Assembly: GCA_046754465.1 (NCBI GenBank)
Contig: JBHHVU010000006.1
Span: 1-64,000, forward strand
Origin: Nitrospinaceae bacterium
GTDB lineage: Bacteria; Nitrospinota; Nitrospinia; Nitrospinales; VA-1
Direction of reading: 5' to 3'
DNA length: 64,000 nt
The notes below the pieces were generated by a model that saw nothing but the letters and a program-made list of their open reading frames with translations, ran no database searches and was not told the DNA's origin. Shown piece by piece: positions 1-9,372 of this stretch. Made by a program: the position numbers and the translations under genes. Positions within the stretch are counted from its first letter, which is position 1. The number at the start of each line of letters is the position of its first letter.

Positions 1-895
1 GGTAAAGTCGCTTCGACTTAAAAAAGTCTTTCAACGTTTCGGCGGCCAAACGGGCTGTCGCATAATTCTCTCTTAAAATAGCCTGTTTCCCTTGTTTCAC
101 CAACAAACTCCTCAAACGCTTTTTTAAATGGAACTCCACCGCTTTCTTTGTATCCCCGTCCAGGAGCGGGTGATCCAACAACTTCCGATACATTTTCAAC
201 CACTTGGGCCACTGAAATTCCATGAGGTTGGAAGTGACGAAACTGGAGGATTGAGGAACAAATATGACGCCTGGTTTTTGAGTCAACACAAATGGGAATT
301 GCGCCGCGGCTTGAAAACTGAAATCCCAATCCGAAAGCATTCCCGTATCTCTATCGAAACGCACCCCCTTATCCAGGATCTCTTTACGCACCACACCGGA
401 TGTCAGGAGGGTCGGCTCCTTCAATAATAATAACCTGACCCCTTCGGCGGGAGGGTACAACCCGGCCCGGCTATCAGGCAGACTCACCTGAAGCACCCTT
501 CCCAACTCATCGATGCAGATGGTTTGATTGCACGATATAGCGGCTTGGGGATATTTTTTAAAACCTTCCATGGCAAACTCTAGATGTTGAGGTAAAAATA
601 TATCATCATCAGCACAAAAGGCAAAAAACGGGGTATCGACCCGATTGATCCCATATAAAGGATTCAGAAACGGACCCAAATTTTTCTCATGACAGTGATA
701 AAAAACACGGGGGTCCTTTTTGGCTATTTTAGCGACTACCTCTGGCGTTTCATCTCCAGAAGCATCGTCGTAGATACAAAGCTTGAAGTGAGGATACGTT
801 TGGTTGAGAACACTTTTCATGGCCCGTTGCAAAAGCCTGGGCCGCCTGTAAGTACACATGACGACGGTTACTAACGGCTCGGGATTATTATCCAT
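1..895 (-). CDS. Glycosyltransferase family 2 protein (3' end runs off the window)
   Basis: Not in the ORF track; translated by hand from ATG at 895: MDNNPEPLVTVVMCTYRRPRLLQRAMKSVLNQTYPHFKLCIYDDASGDET...FAFCADDDIFLP. It has the GT-A N-terminal motif and a DxD. The same frame is open at the window edge (...ETLKDFFKSKRLY). Confidence 0.88.
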   Translation of the reverse strand, partial: MDNNPEPLVTVVMCTYRRPRLLQRAMKSVLNQTYPHFKLCIYDDASGDETPEVVAKIAKKDPRVFYHCHEKNLGPFLNPLYGINRVDTPFFAFCADDDIFLPQHLEFAMEGFKKYPQAAISCNQTICIDELGRVLQVSLPDSRAGLYPPAEGVRLLLLKEPTLLTSGVVRKEILDKGVRFDRDTGMLSDWDFSFQAAAQFPFVLTQKPGVIFVPQSSSFVTSNLMEFQWPKWLKMYRKLLDHPLLDGDTKKAVEFHLKKRLRSLLVKQGKQAILRENYATARLAAETLKDFFKSKRLY

Positions 896-1240
896 CGATT
901 TCTCTTTCAAGAATAGAGGAGCCCTCGTCCAGCTCTAAACCATGAGTGGCACTGACCTGAAGTGAGTTGGAATTGCAATAAGACCTCCCCGGTATTTTAT
1001 TGGTTTAGGTATAGAAACTCGAACCAAAAGCAAGGAGGCCCTGGGATGAAGAAGATATTAAAATAGGGACCCAAAATCATACCAAAAGATCGGATTGGTT
1101 TCCACCGGGAGCTGGCGGTTCGGAAGGGGGTAGTTGAAAACCGGTTGGTTATGATTTAGAGGCCGATTCCACTGTCCCAAATGCCTACCTTGTTTTCCTT
1201 GAGCATTAACTTGCAATGGAAAATTTTTATGAATAGGCAG

Positions 1241-2092
1241 CTAGGAAACGATGTCCAGCAGGTTGCCGGTGGGGGGGGAAGAAGTTAATTGGAATTTTGC
1301 CAGCGCGCGTGGAACACTGGCATCCAGAGCGGCATCGGAGTTTTCATCCTTTCCGGGTGAAGAAGACAACGGGGATGCGGATGGCCCCGGCGAAGAGTTG
1401 GTGGTATCTGAAATTCCTGGGGAGGAGACGCCGGACCCTCCGGGAGATGTGTTACTTGAACCCTGGGGACCTCTTGCCTGACTTTGCTCCTCGGCCCGTT
1501 GCTGACGGATTTCCTGCCGGGCCTGGGCCTCCATTTGGGCGGCCTGGGCGGCCACGCGGCGGTCCTGCGCCGAAGGGTTCCTCGGCGCGGTGGCGGCGCG
1601 TTTGATGGTCTGCGCCTTGCGCACGGCCGCCTGGGGGTTGCCTGGAACCGGCGAGGAATCGATCGCCACTTCTCCCCCAACGGCGTAGCGTCTACCGTCG
1701 GGTCCGGTCTGGTATTCGAAGGACGGCGGACCCTTGGCGAACTGGCCGGCGGCGGCTTTATGAGCCTGTTCGTGAGCGCGCACTTCCCGGTCACGGGTCC
1801 GAAGCTGGTCCACCACCCGCTTCTCTTCGGCTGTCAGTTCCGTATCCAGACGCGGACCGGTCCCCGCCCGGGGTTTTTCCAATCCCTCCTTCCCGCTTCC
1901 CGCCGATTCGGGTTCCCCGGAACCCGGCACCGATTCCGTTTCCCCGGTGGATTGGCCCGAAAGGGTCACTTTATCCGTTGGGGCCAGATTCTCCCGAAGC
2001 CGCGATTTGAAGGTTTCTTCTTCGCACTCTTTGCAGGGTTTTTCGCCGCCGGACAGAAAAATATTCCGTCCCTGAACGATTTCAATTTTCAT
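1241..2092 (-). CDS. SprA-related family protein (HExxH putative metalloprotease motif, low-complexity Ser/Pro/Gly tails)
   Basis: Core RDREVRAHEQAH...YQTGPDGRRYAVGGEVAID...AATAPRNPSAQDRRVAAQA is typical of the SprA-related family. Confidence 0.85.
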   Translation of the reverse strand: MKIEIVQGRNIFLSGGEKPCKECEEETFKSRLRENLAPTDKVTLSGQSTGETESVPGSGEPESAGSGKEGLEKPRAGTGPRLDTELTAEEKRVVDQLRTRDREVRAHEQAHKAAAGQFAKGPPSFEYQTGPDGRRYAVGGEVAIDSSPVPGNPQAAVRKAQTIKRAATAPRNPSAQDRRVAAQAAQMEAQARQEIRQQRAEEQSQARGPQGSSNTSPGGSGVSSPGISDTTNSSPGPSASPLSSSPGKDENSDAALDASVPRALAKFQLTSSPPTGNLLDIVS

Positions 2093-2193
2093 GACGATGC
2101 GCTAAATCCTACCGTGACCTTAACCTGAAGGTGGAATTAGGCCCGGGAGAATGCTTTCACCCAGGCCTCGATCATAAAAAAACCCTGATCTTC

Positions 2194-2220
2194 TGATCGG
2201 CGCATTGAGTTGAAACTTTA
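2194..2220 (-). promoter_or_regulatory. Sigma-28 (FliA) type promoter for the SprA-related gene
   Basis: Minus strand reads TAAAGTTT-N11-GCCGATCA against the FliA consensus TAAAGTTT-N11-GCCGATAA. It lies about 100 bp upstream of the start codon. Confidence 0.75.
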
Positions 2221-2310
2221 GCCGGAGAAAAAATTTTATTCGCGGCCGGGAAAGGATCTCATTTAAATTCGCGGAGAAAAAACCAGGCGGCGGGGTGCCC
2301 CCATGGAGTT

Positions 2311-2353
2311 CTAACAGAATCCTAACCCATTACCCGCCGTAATTGCATATAAT
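2311..2353 (+). promoter_or_regulatory. Pho-box-like direct repeats and -10 element of phoBR
   Basis: CTAAC at 2311 and 2322 (11-bp period). TATAAT at 2348-2353. Confidence 0.65.
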
Positions 2354-2386
2354 GAAAAAACGGCATCAACTAAAAAAGAGAAAAAT

Positions 2387-3073
2387 ATGGCAGGAGAAAA
2401 CATTCTTGTCGTCGAAGACGAAGCGGATATTCAGGAACTACTGAAATACAATCTGACCCGGGAGTCTTATCGTGTGACCTGCGTGGGGTCCGGGGAGGAT
2501 GCCCTGAAAACGGCCAAGTCGGCAATGCCCGACCTCCTGGTGCTCGACCTCATGCTGCCGGGCGTGGACGGACTGGAAGTGTGCCGCCGGTTGAAACAGG
2601 ATCCGGCCACGGAGCAAATTCCCATCATCATGCTGACCGCCAAGGGCGAGGAATCAGATATCGTGACGGGTCTCGAACTCGGCGCCGAGGATTATGTCAC
2701 CAAACCCTTCAACCTGAGGGTGTTCATCACGCGGGTTCGCGCGGCTCTGAGGAGAAAGAAAAAGGGAGCGCCGCCGGACCAGGAGGTCATCAGGTTTTCC
2801 GGCCTGGAAATTCATTCCGGACGGCACGAGGTGCGGGCCGACGGAAACCTGGTGGACCTCACCTTCACGGAATTCAGCATACTCAAGTTTCTCGCGGGGC
2901 GTCCCGGCTGGGTCTTTACCCGCTACCAAATCGTGGAGGCGGTTCGTGGGGAGGACTACGCGGTAACGGACCGTTCGGTGGATTTTCAGATCGTGGGGTT
3001 GCGAAAAAAACTCGGTGCCGCGGCCAACCGCATTGAAACGGTGCGCGGCGTGGGATACCGGTTCAGGGAATAA
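2387..3073 (+). CDS. phoB: OmpR/PhoB family response regulator (phosphate regulon)
   Basis: REC domain (ILVVEDE, LDLMLPG, DYVTKPF) plus winged helix (IETVRGVGYRF). Adjacent to a PhoR-like kinase and the pst operon. Confidence 0.9.
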   Translation: MAGENILVVEDEADIQELLKYNLTRESYRVTCVGSGEDALKTAKSAMPDLLVLDLMLPGVDGLEVCRRLKQDPATEQIPIIMLTAKGEESDIVTGLELGAEDYVTKPFNLRVFITRVRAALRRKKKGAPPDQEVIRFSGLEIHSGRHEVRADGNLVDLTFTEFSILKFLAGRPGWVFTRYQIVEAVRGEDYAVTDRSVDFQIVGLRKKLGAAANRIETVRGVGYRFRE

Positions 3074-3075
3074 CC

Positions 3076-4866
3076 ATGGCTCGAAAAAGGCTCTTGTGGC
3101 AGCTCTATCCCACCTACCTGATAATCACCCTGGCGGCGTTGACGGCGGTGGGATGGTACGCGTTGAATACCTTGAGGGATTTTTACTATTCCCAGATCAA
3201 GGCCGACCTCGAAGCGCGGGCTCACCTGGTCGAGCCGCAGGTGGCGGATATTTTCAATACCCGGGATGCCGCGGCGGCGGATGCCCTGAGCAAGAAACTC
3301 GGCAACAAGGTTTCCATGCGCCTGACCCTCATCGATCCCTCCGGCCAGGTTCTCGGAGATTCCCACGAAGACCCGGCCCGCATGGACAATCATGCCGGCA
3401 GACCCGAGGTGCACGATGCCTTAATGGGCAGCTCCACCGGGACTTCCATCCGTTTCAGCCATACGCTCAACGAAAAAATGATGTATCTGGCCCTGCCCGT
3501 CAGGGGAGGAGACCGGATCGCCGGCGTCGTCCGCACCTCCCTGCCGGTGACCTTTATCGATCGCCAGTTGAGATCGATCGAAGTCCGGATCGCCCTGGGG
3601 GGTTTGGTGATCGCTCTCCTGGCCGCGGGGATCAGCCTGAAGGTTTCCCGGCGCATCACCCGGCCCCTCGAAGATATGAAACAGGTTGCGGAACAGTTTG
3701 CCCGGGGAAACCTGGCCCAGAAGGTCCACGTCTCCGATTCCGTGGAAATCGGGGGGCTGGCGGAGGGACTCAACCAAATGGCCCGGCAACTGGATGAAAG
3801 AATCCGGACCATCACCGCCGAACGGAACCAACGGGAGGCCGTCCTCCTCAGTATGGTGGAAGGTGTGTTGGCGGTGGATGCCGGGGAACGGATCATCAGC
3901 ATGAATCAGGCCGCGGCGGATTTTATGGGGGTGGACCGGGATGCCTCTCACGGCCGAAGCATCCAGGAAGTCGTCCGCAATTCCGATCTTCAACAGTTCG
4001 TGAAAAAAACACTGGCCGGACGCGAAGTGGTGGAAGCCGACGTGATTTTGAACCATGTGGAGGAGAGGTATCTACAAGCGCGCGGGACCGTATTGAAGGA
4101 CGGGAACGACCGGGGAATCGGCGCCGTGGTGGTTTTGAATGACGTCACCCGGCTCCGCCGCCTGGAAAATGTGCGCAGGGATTTCGTCGCCAATGTTTCC
4201 CATGAGCTGAAAACCCCCATCACCTCCATCAAAGGATCGGTGGAAACCCTGTTGGAGGGAGCGATTCGCCAACCCGAAGATGCTCAGCGGTTTCTGGAGA
4301 TCATTGCCAGGCAGGTGGACCGCTTGAACGCCATCATCGAAGACCTGCTCAGCCTGTCCCGGCTGGAGCAGGATCCGGAAAAATCGGGCATCCAGCTGGA
4401 AGACGCGGAATTGAAACCTCTCTTGCAGACGGTCCTTCAGGATTGCGCCGTGAAAGCCTCGGAGCAAAACATTCAAGTCGTTTTGATTTGCGATGACGGG
4501 CTGCGGGCCAAAATCAATCCGGCGCTCCTGGAACAGGCGGTGGTCAACCTGGTCGACAACGCGATCAAATACGGCGGCCCGGAAAAGAAAGTGGAAGTGG
4601 AGGCCGCACGGAATCCTTCCGAAATCATTATCCGGGTTCGCGACCGGGGTTCCGGAATCGAAAAGCTCCACCTGCCGCGCCTGTTCGAACGGTTTTACCG
4701 CATCGATCAGGCCCGTAGCCGCAAACTCGGCGGGACGGGTCTGGGACTAGGCATCGTCAAACACATCGCCCAGGTCCATGGCGGGTCCGTCCAGGTCGAA
4801 AGCTCCCTGGGCCAGGGGAGCGTATTTTCCATCCATTTACCGCACCCCCCACGGGGAAGGGAATAG
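3076..4866 (+). CDS. phoR: PhoR-like sensor histidine kinase (TM, periplasmic domain, HAMP, PAS, HisKA, HATPase)
   Basis: DFVANVSHELKTP H-box, NLVDNAIKY N-box, LFERFYRID, GGTGLGLGIVKH. Starts 2 bp after phoB. Confidence 0.9.
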   Translation: MARKRLLWQLYPTYLIITLAALTAVGWYALNTLRDFYYSQIKADLEARAHLVEPQVADIFNTRDAAAADALSKKLGNKVSMRLTLIDPSGQVLGDSHEDPARMDNHAGRPEVHDALMGSSTGTSIRFSHTLNEKMMYLALPVRGGDRIAGVVRTSLPVTFIDRQLRSIEVRIALGGLVIALLAAGISLKVSRRITRPLEDMKQVAEQFARGNLAQKVHVSDSVEIGGLAEGLNQMARQLDERIRTITAERNQREAVLLSMVEGVLAVDAGERIISMNQAAADFMGVDRDASHGRSIQEVVRNSDLQQFVKKTLAGREVVEADVILNHVEERYLQARGTVLKDGNDRGIGAVVVLNDVTRLRRLENVRRDFVANVSHELKTPITSIKGSVETLLEGAIRQPEDAQRFLEIIARQVDRLNAIIEDLLSLSRLEQDPEKSGIQLEDAELKPLLQTVLQDCAVKASEQNIQVVLICDDGLRAKINPALLEQAVVNLVDNAIKYGGPEKKVEVEAARNPSEIIIRVRDRGSGIEKLHLPRLFERFYRIDQARSRKLGGTGLGLGIVKHIAQVHGGSVQVESSLGQGSVFSIHLPHPPRGRE

Positions 4867-4917
4867 GTCCATCTAAATCGCCTATCGATCCGTCTCCAGC
4901 ATATAACGCATGTCCCA
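4866..4917. repeat. Direct repeat copy 1 (left flank of modABC module)
   Basis: ggtccatctaaatcgcctatcgatccgtctccagcatataacgcatgtccca is 46/52 identical to 7833-7884 by manual alignment. Confidence 0.85.
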
Positions 4918-4954
4918 TCCGCCCCCGGAGGCACTTCGGTTGGGGAAATTCAGG

Positions 4955-5018
4955 TTGACAATTCGTTATATTTTCTGGTATATAACCATAACCAACGTTA
5001 TATATTTTAAAACATAAC
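4955..5018 (+). promoter_or_regulatory. modA promoter with two tandem ModE-type operators
   Basis: TTGACA at 4955-4960; GTTATAT-N8-ATATAAC at 4965-4986; GTTATAT-N8-ACATAAC at 4997-5018. Both match the known ModE palindrome and lie directly upstream of modA. Confidence 0.8.
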
Positions 5019-5059
5019 GTACCGTGTTTTCCTGGATTGATTTTTATGGGGGGGATTGG

Positions 5060-5851
5060 ATGCGCGCCCTGGGGATTTCGGGTTTTTGCAAAATTTTTAT
5101 TTTTGGGATCATGTTTCCCGTTATTTTTGTTCTCGGGCTCGATTCCGGGGCGGCGGGGGGAGAGGTCCGGGCGGCGGTGGCGGCCAATTTTTTTAATCCC
5201 TTGAAAGCCATCGCCGTAGCGTTCGAGAAACAAACCCGGCACCGGGTCGATATCATTTCCGGGTCCACGGGAAAACTCTATGCCCAGGTGACGCATGGAG
5301 CTCCCTTCGACCTGCTGCTGGCGGCGGATTCGCGCCGTCCCCGGCTCCTGGTGAAAAAAGGTTTTGCGGTGCCCGGATCCCGCTTCACCTATGCCGTCGG
5401 CCGGTTGACCTTGTGGAGTCCCGACCCTGGGCGCATAGCTGGGAAGGGACCCTCCGTGCTGCGAGAGAATCATTTCAATCACCTGGCGATGGCCAATCCC
5501 AAAACGGCCCCTTATGGCAAGGCCGCTTTGCAGACCCTGCGGAAACTGGGGATTTGGGAACAGGTTGGGCGCCGGGTGGTGCGGGGTGAAAATATTGGCC
5601 AGGCGTTCCAGTTCGTCGCATCGGGAAACGCCGAGTTGGGGTTTGTGGCGCTTTCCCAGGTACTGGATCCCAAACATAAGGAAAAAGGAAGCCGGTGGGA
5701 CGTGCCACCCAGTTTTCATGATCCCATCGTGCAGGATATGGTCCTGTTGAAACCTGGCCGGTCCAATCCCGCCGCGCGGGCGTTCGCCAAATTTATCCGA
5801 GGTTCCATCGCCCGGGAAATCATCACCGGATACGGTTACTCCCTGGAATGA
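5060..5851 (+). CDS. modA: Molybdate ABC transporter substrate-binding protein
   Basis: AAVAANF, GSTGKLYAQV, ANPKTAPYG, GENIGQAFQF motifs and a signal peptide. Start placed at ATG 5060 (the track starts at 5024). Confidence 0.93.
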   Translation: MRALGISGFCKIFIFGIMFPVIFVLGLDSGAAGGEVRAAVAANFFNPLKAIAVAFEKQTRHRVDIISGSTGKLYAQVTHGAPFDLLLAADSRRPRLLVKKGFAVPGSRFTYAVGRLTLWSPDPGRIAGKGPSVLRENHFNHLAMANPKTAPYGKAALQTLRKLGIWEQVGRRVVRGENIGQAFQFVASGNAELGFVALSQVLDPKHKEKGSRWDVPPSFHDPIVQDMVLLKPGRSNPAARAFAKFIRGSIAREIITGYGYSLE

Positions 5852-5927
5852 CCCGGGAGTGGTTCCTACTCACGGTCCGCTATGCCAACAGGCAAAAAGC
5901 GGATCATGAAATGCATGGGAGAGTGAC

Positions 5928-6611
5928 ATGGATTTATCGGAGTTCGATCCCAGACCCATTTGGTTGAGTTTGAAACTTGCGGGGACGACAGTGGCTTTAT
6001 TATTATTATTGGGCACTCCCGTGGCCTTTTGGCTGGCGCATACGCGGTCGCGGATGCGGACTCTGGTGGAGGCGGTGGTGGCGCTGCCCCTGGTGCTGCC
6101 GCCGACGGTCCTGGGATTTTACCTGCTGATCCTGCTGGGCCCCAACGGGTGGATTGGCGGGCCGGTCAAGACGGTTACGGGTTCGGCGCTTTCTTTCACG
6201 TTTGGCGGCCTGGTCATTGCCTCTACGTTATATTCCCTGCCCTTTGTGGTGCAGCCGTTGCATTCCGCCTTCGAGTCGGTGGGCAAATCTCCCCTGGAGG
6301 CGGCCTGGTCCCTGCGGGCCTCCCCGCTCGACGCCTTCCTGACCGTGGCCACGCCGATGGGACTCCGGGGATACTGCACGGCCGTTGTCCTGGGTTTCGC
6401 GCATACCCTGGGGGAGTTCGGGGTGGTGCTGATGGTGGGCGGCAACATCCCCGGAATCACCAAGGTGATTTCCATCGACATCTATGACCATGTGGAAGTC
6501 CTGGAATACACACAGGCGCATCTTCTTTCGGGCGGATTAATGATCTTTTCCTTTTTGGTTCTTTTGGTGGTGTATACCGTCAACCGCCGGCTTCCCATCC
6601 ACGTCTCATGA
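5928..6611 (+). CDS. modB: Molybdate ABC transporter permease
   Basis: LPLVLPPTVLGFYLL, FAHTLGEFGVVLMVGGNIPG. Confidence 0.95.
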   Translation: MDLSEFDPRPIWLSLKLAGTTVALLLLLGTPVAFWLAHTRSRMRTLVEAVVALPLVLPPTVLGFYLLILLGPNGWIGGPVKTVTGSALSFTFGGLVIASTLYSLPFVVQPLHSAFESVGKSPLEAAWSLRASPLDAFLTVATPMGLRGYCTAVVLGFAHTLGEFGVVLMVGGNIPGITKVISIDIYDHVEVLEYTQAHLLSGGLMIFSFLVLLVVYTVNRRLPIHVS

Positions 6612-7717
6612 ACGGTCTGCAAGCGCGTTTTGACGTGACGTATCCCGATTTTCATTTGCGGACGGAATTAACGGTCCCCGGGCGGGGCGTGACGGTCGTT
6701 TTTGGTCCGTCGGGCTGCGGCAAAACCACTTTTCTGCGCTGCCTGTCGGGACTGGAGCGGCCGCCCGCGGGATTCCTCCGGCTGGGCCGGGAAATCTGGC
6801 AGGATGAATCCCGAGGGATATTCGTTCCCCCACATAAACGTTCCGTCGGGTTGGTTTTTCAAGAGGCCCGTCTCTTCCCCCACCTGAGTGTCCGGTCGAA
6901 CTTGAACTATGGATTCAAACGCACCCCGGCCGGGGAACGGAGGATTTCATGGGATCAGGTGATCGGCATCCTGGACCTCGGTTCCCTTCTGGACCGGCGT
7001 CCTCATCACCTTTCGGTAGGCGAGGGGCAGCGCGTGGCGCTGGGGAGAGCCCTGCTGACCAGCCCCAAGCTGTTACTCATGGACGAGCCCCTGGCCGGAC
7101 TCGACATACAGCGCAAACGCGAAATTCTGCCCTACATTCGGCGGCTGCAGAAAGAGCTGGAACTTCCCATGGTTTATGTCAGCCATTCCCTGGGAGAAGT
7201 GTTGCAGTTGGTGGATACCATGGTTATTATGAACGCGGGAAGGATTCTGGCGACGGGGCCCGTCGAGGAGGTGTTTTCCCATCTCGGCCTCCAGGGCAAG
7301 GTCGAACCGGCCCTGATAGGCGCCGTCCTGGACACAACGGTTGAGAAGCACGATCCGGAATTCGGCCTGACCACCTTGACGTTCAAAAATCACCGGCTCC
7401 ACGTTCCCCGCCAGGATGCCGCGATCGGGCAATCCCTGCGCATTCACATTCATTCCCGGGACGTCAGCATCGTGCTTTCCCCTCCCCATAATGAGACCAG
7501 TGTTCTCAATATTCTCGAGGCCCGGGTCGCGGCGATAGCACCGGTGGATCCCCGGGGGTATTCGGTGGACATCCAGTTGGATGTGGGCCAGCCGCTCATC
7601 GCCACGATTACCAGAAAATCGCTTGCAAAACTGGGCCTTGCCCCGGGGCAAAAAGTATACGCCCAGATCAAGGCCATCAAAATGGTTCATGAATGGGATG
7701 AACTTTCCGCCGATTAA
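6608..7717 (+). CDS. modC: Molybdate ABC transporter ATP-binding protein with C-terminal TOBE/Mop domain
   Basis: Walker A GPSGCGKT, VFQEARLFPHL, LLLMDEP, C-terminal TSVLNIL...AQIKA. ATGA overlap with modB. Confidence 0.93.
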   Translation: MNGLQARFDVTYPDFHLRTELTVPGRGVTVVFGPSGCGKTTFLRCLSGLERPPAGFLRLGREIWQDESRGIFVPPHKRSVGLVFQEARLFPHLSVRSNLNYGFKRTPAGERRISWDQVIGILDLGSLLDRRPHHLSVGEGQRVALGRALLTSPKLLLMDEPLAGLDIQRKREILPYIRRLQKELELPMVYVSHSLGEVLQLVDTMVIMNAGRILATGPVEEVFSHLGLQGKVEPALIGAVLDTTVEKHDPEFGLTTLTFKNHRLHVPRQDAAIGQSLRIHIHSRDVSIVLSPPHNETSVLNILEARVAAIAPVDPRGYSVDIQLDVGQPLIATITRKSLAKLGLAPGQKVYAQIKAIKMVHEWDELSAD

Positions 7718-7832
7718 TCCGTCCGGATGAAAAAAAGGTATGATTCGAGCCGCGAAGGGCAAGCCTGGTCCCTGGAAAGTACTCCGCCGCACCCCCCGCC
7801 ACGCGGGGCCGGGCCACGCCCGGTGGGAAATG

Positions 7833-7884
7833 GGTCAATCTAAATCGCCTGTCGATCCGGGTCCGGCATATAACGCCTGTCCCA
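7833..7884. repeat. Direct repeat copy 2 (right flank of modABC module)
   Basis: ggtcaatctaaatcgcctgtcgatccgggtccggcatataacgcctgtccca is 46/52 identical to 4866-4917. Confidence 0.85.
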
Positions 7885-7942
7885 ACTACCTGGGGAGGTA
7901 CTCCCCGGTTCGCCCCCTGAACCCTTCCGGAAAAACCATTTT

Positions 7943-7985
7943 CTATCTTCTCCCTAATGTTTCCCTAACAATGACTACCTATTCT
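7943..7985 (+). promoter_or_regulatory. Pho-box-like triple repeat and -10 element of the porin gene
   Basis: CTATC/CTAAT/CTAAC at 7943, 7954 and 7965 (11-bp period). TATTCT lies 10 bp after the last repeat. Confidence 0.65.
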
Positions 7986-8034
7986 CCCTCATAGATACTT
8001 GAATACACCTCGACAAACAATGAAAGGTTGGGAC

Positions 8035-9324
8035 ATGTTCACGAAAACACGCTTGTTAAAAATTCCGTTTGGACTCGTAATCGCGGCGCTGGTCTGGTTT
8101 GGCCCCGCAACCGCCATGGGGGACGATTCCCAGATTGACCGCCGCCTGAAGGTTCTGGAAGAAAAGATGAAGGCCAGGGAAGGCGATATGCGGGTCTACT
8201 TCAAGCACGGTCTTCATTTTGATTCCCCGGATAAAAAATTCAGGTACCAGATCGGCGGACGAATCCAGACGGACATGGCTTTTTTCGAGGCCAACCGCGG
8301 TTTCAAGGCGCAATTCAATGAACCCGGCAACGGGGTTGAGTTTCGCCGGGCACGGTTTTTTGTCGCGGGCTTGCTTTACAATCGGATCAAATTCAAAGCC
8401 CAGTACGATTTCGCCGGTCAGACCAGTTTCAAGGATGTGTATTTCGGACTGATCCATCTTCCTGTCATAGGCAACATCAATGTCGGACATTTCAAGGAAC
8501 CCTTTTCGCTGGAGGAGTTGACCAGTTCCAAATACATCACCTTCATGGAACGGTCCTTGATGAATGCGTTTGCCCCCAGCCGAAACGTCGGCATTGCCAT
8601 GTACAACACCGAATGGAAGGGCCGGGCGAGTTGGGCGGTGGGGGTGTTTCGTCCAACGGGAGCAACGCCGCCCCTCCTTCGAAGCGACGACGGGTACAGC
8701 ATCACCTTCCGCGTCACCGCGGCCCCCTGGCTCAGGGACGGCGGGAAACAGGTCGTCCACGTGGGTTTCAGTTACAGCTACCTCACGCCCAGTGGGTCCA
8801 CCTTCACGTTCAAGGAACGGCCCGAATCCCACTTGACGGCGGTCAAATTCGTCAATACGGGGGCGATTGCCGCCAAGAATGCCAGTAAATTCGGTTGGGA
8901 AGGCGCCGCGGTTTATGGCGCACTCAGCGCCCAGGGAGAATTCGTGCTGGTTCATGTGAATCGAATCAACGGGGGCACCGATCCGAACCTGAAGGGCGGC
9001 TACGTCGAGGTCAGTTATTTTCTCACCGGGGAGCATCGGAAATACCACAAGAGCGTTTTTGGCCGGGTCGCCCCCAATCAAAACTTTCTTGAAGGAAACG
9101 GATTGGGCGCCTGGCAGGTGGCCCTGAGGTACTCCCGCCTCGACCTCAACGAACCGGGCGTCAACGGGGGGGAGGAAGACAATATCACGGTGGGTCTCAA
9201 ATGGCTCCTGAATCCCAATACCCGAATTCTAGCCAACTATACCCATGGTCACCTGGAGGGTCCGCCGGGGACTTCATTTGGGGACCTGAATATCTACCAG
9301 TTTCGGTTCCAGGTCGATTTTTAA
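8035..9324 (+). CDS. OprO/OprP family phosphate-selective porin
   Basis: GGRIQTD, EFRRAR, GHFKEPFSLEELTSSKYITFMERS, YFLTGEHR and C-terminal FRFQVDF. Lies upstream of pstS. Start uncertain (7999, 8020 or 8035). Confidence 0.88.
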   Translation: MFTKTRLLKIPFGLVIAALVWFGPATAMGDDSQIDRRLKVLEEKMKAREGDMRVYFKHGLHFDSPDKKFRYQIGGRIQTDMAFFEANRGFKAQFNEPGNGVEFRRARFFVAGLLYNRIKFKAQYDFAGQTSFKDVYFGLIHLPVIGNINVGHFKEPFSLEELTSSKYITFMERSLMNAFAPSRNVGIAMYNTEWKGRASWAVGVFRPTGATPPLLRSDDGYSITFRVTAAPWLRDGGKQVVHVGFSYSYLTPSGSTFTFKERPESHLTAVKFVNTGAIAAKNASKFGWEGAAVYGALSAQGEFVLVHVNRINGGTDPNLKGGYVEVSYFLTGEHRKYHKSVFGRVAPNQNFLEGNGLGAWQVALRYSRLDLNEPGVNGGEEDNITVGLKWLLNPNTRILANYTHGHLEGPPGTSFGDLNIYQFRFQVDF

Positions 9325-9372
9325 GACGAAACCCTTCCCAAGGAATTGTTCGAAGGCTGAATATGCAGGGTT

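Noticed and set aside
18..874. Short track ORFs 18..329, 128..427 and 689..874
   Set aside because: They are shadows of the minus-strand GT2 gene, which the track missed because it runs off the window.
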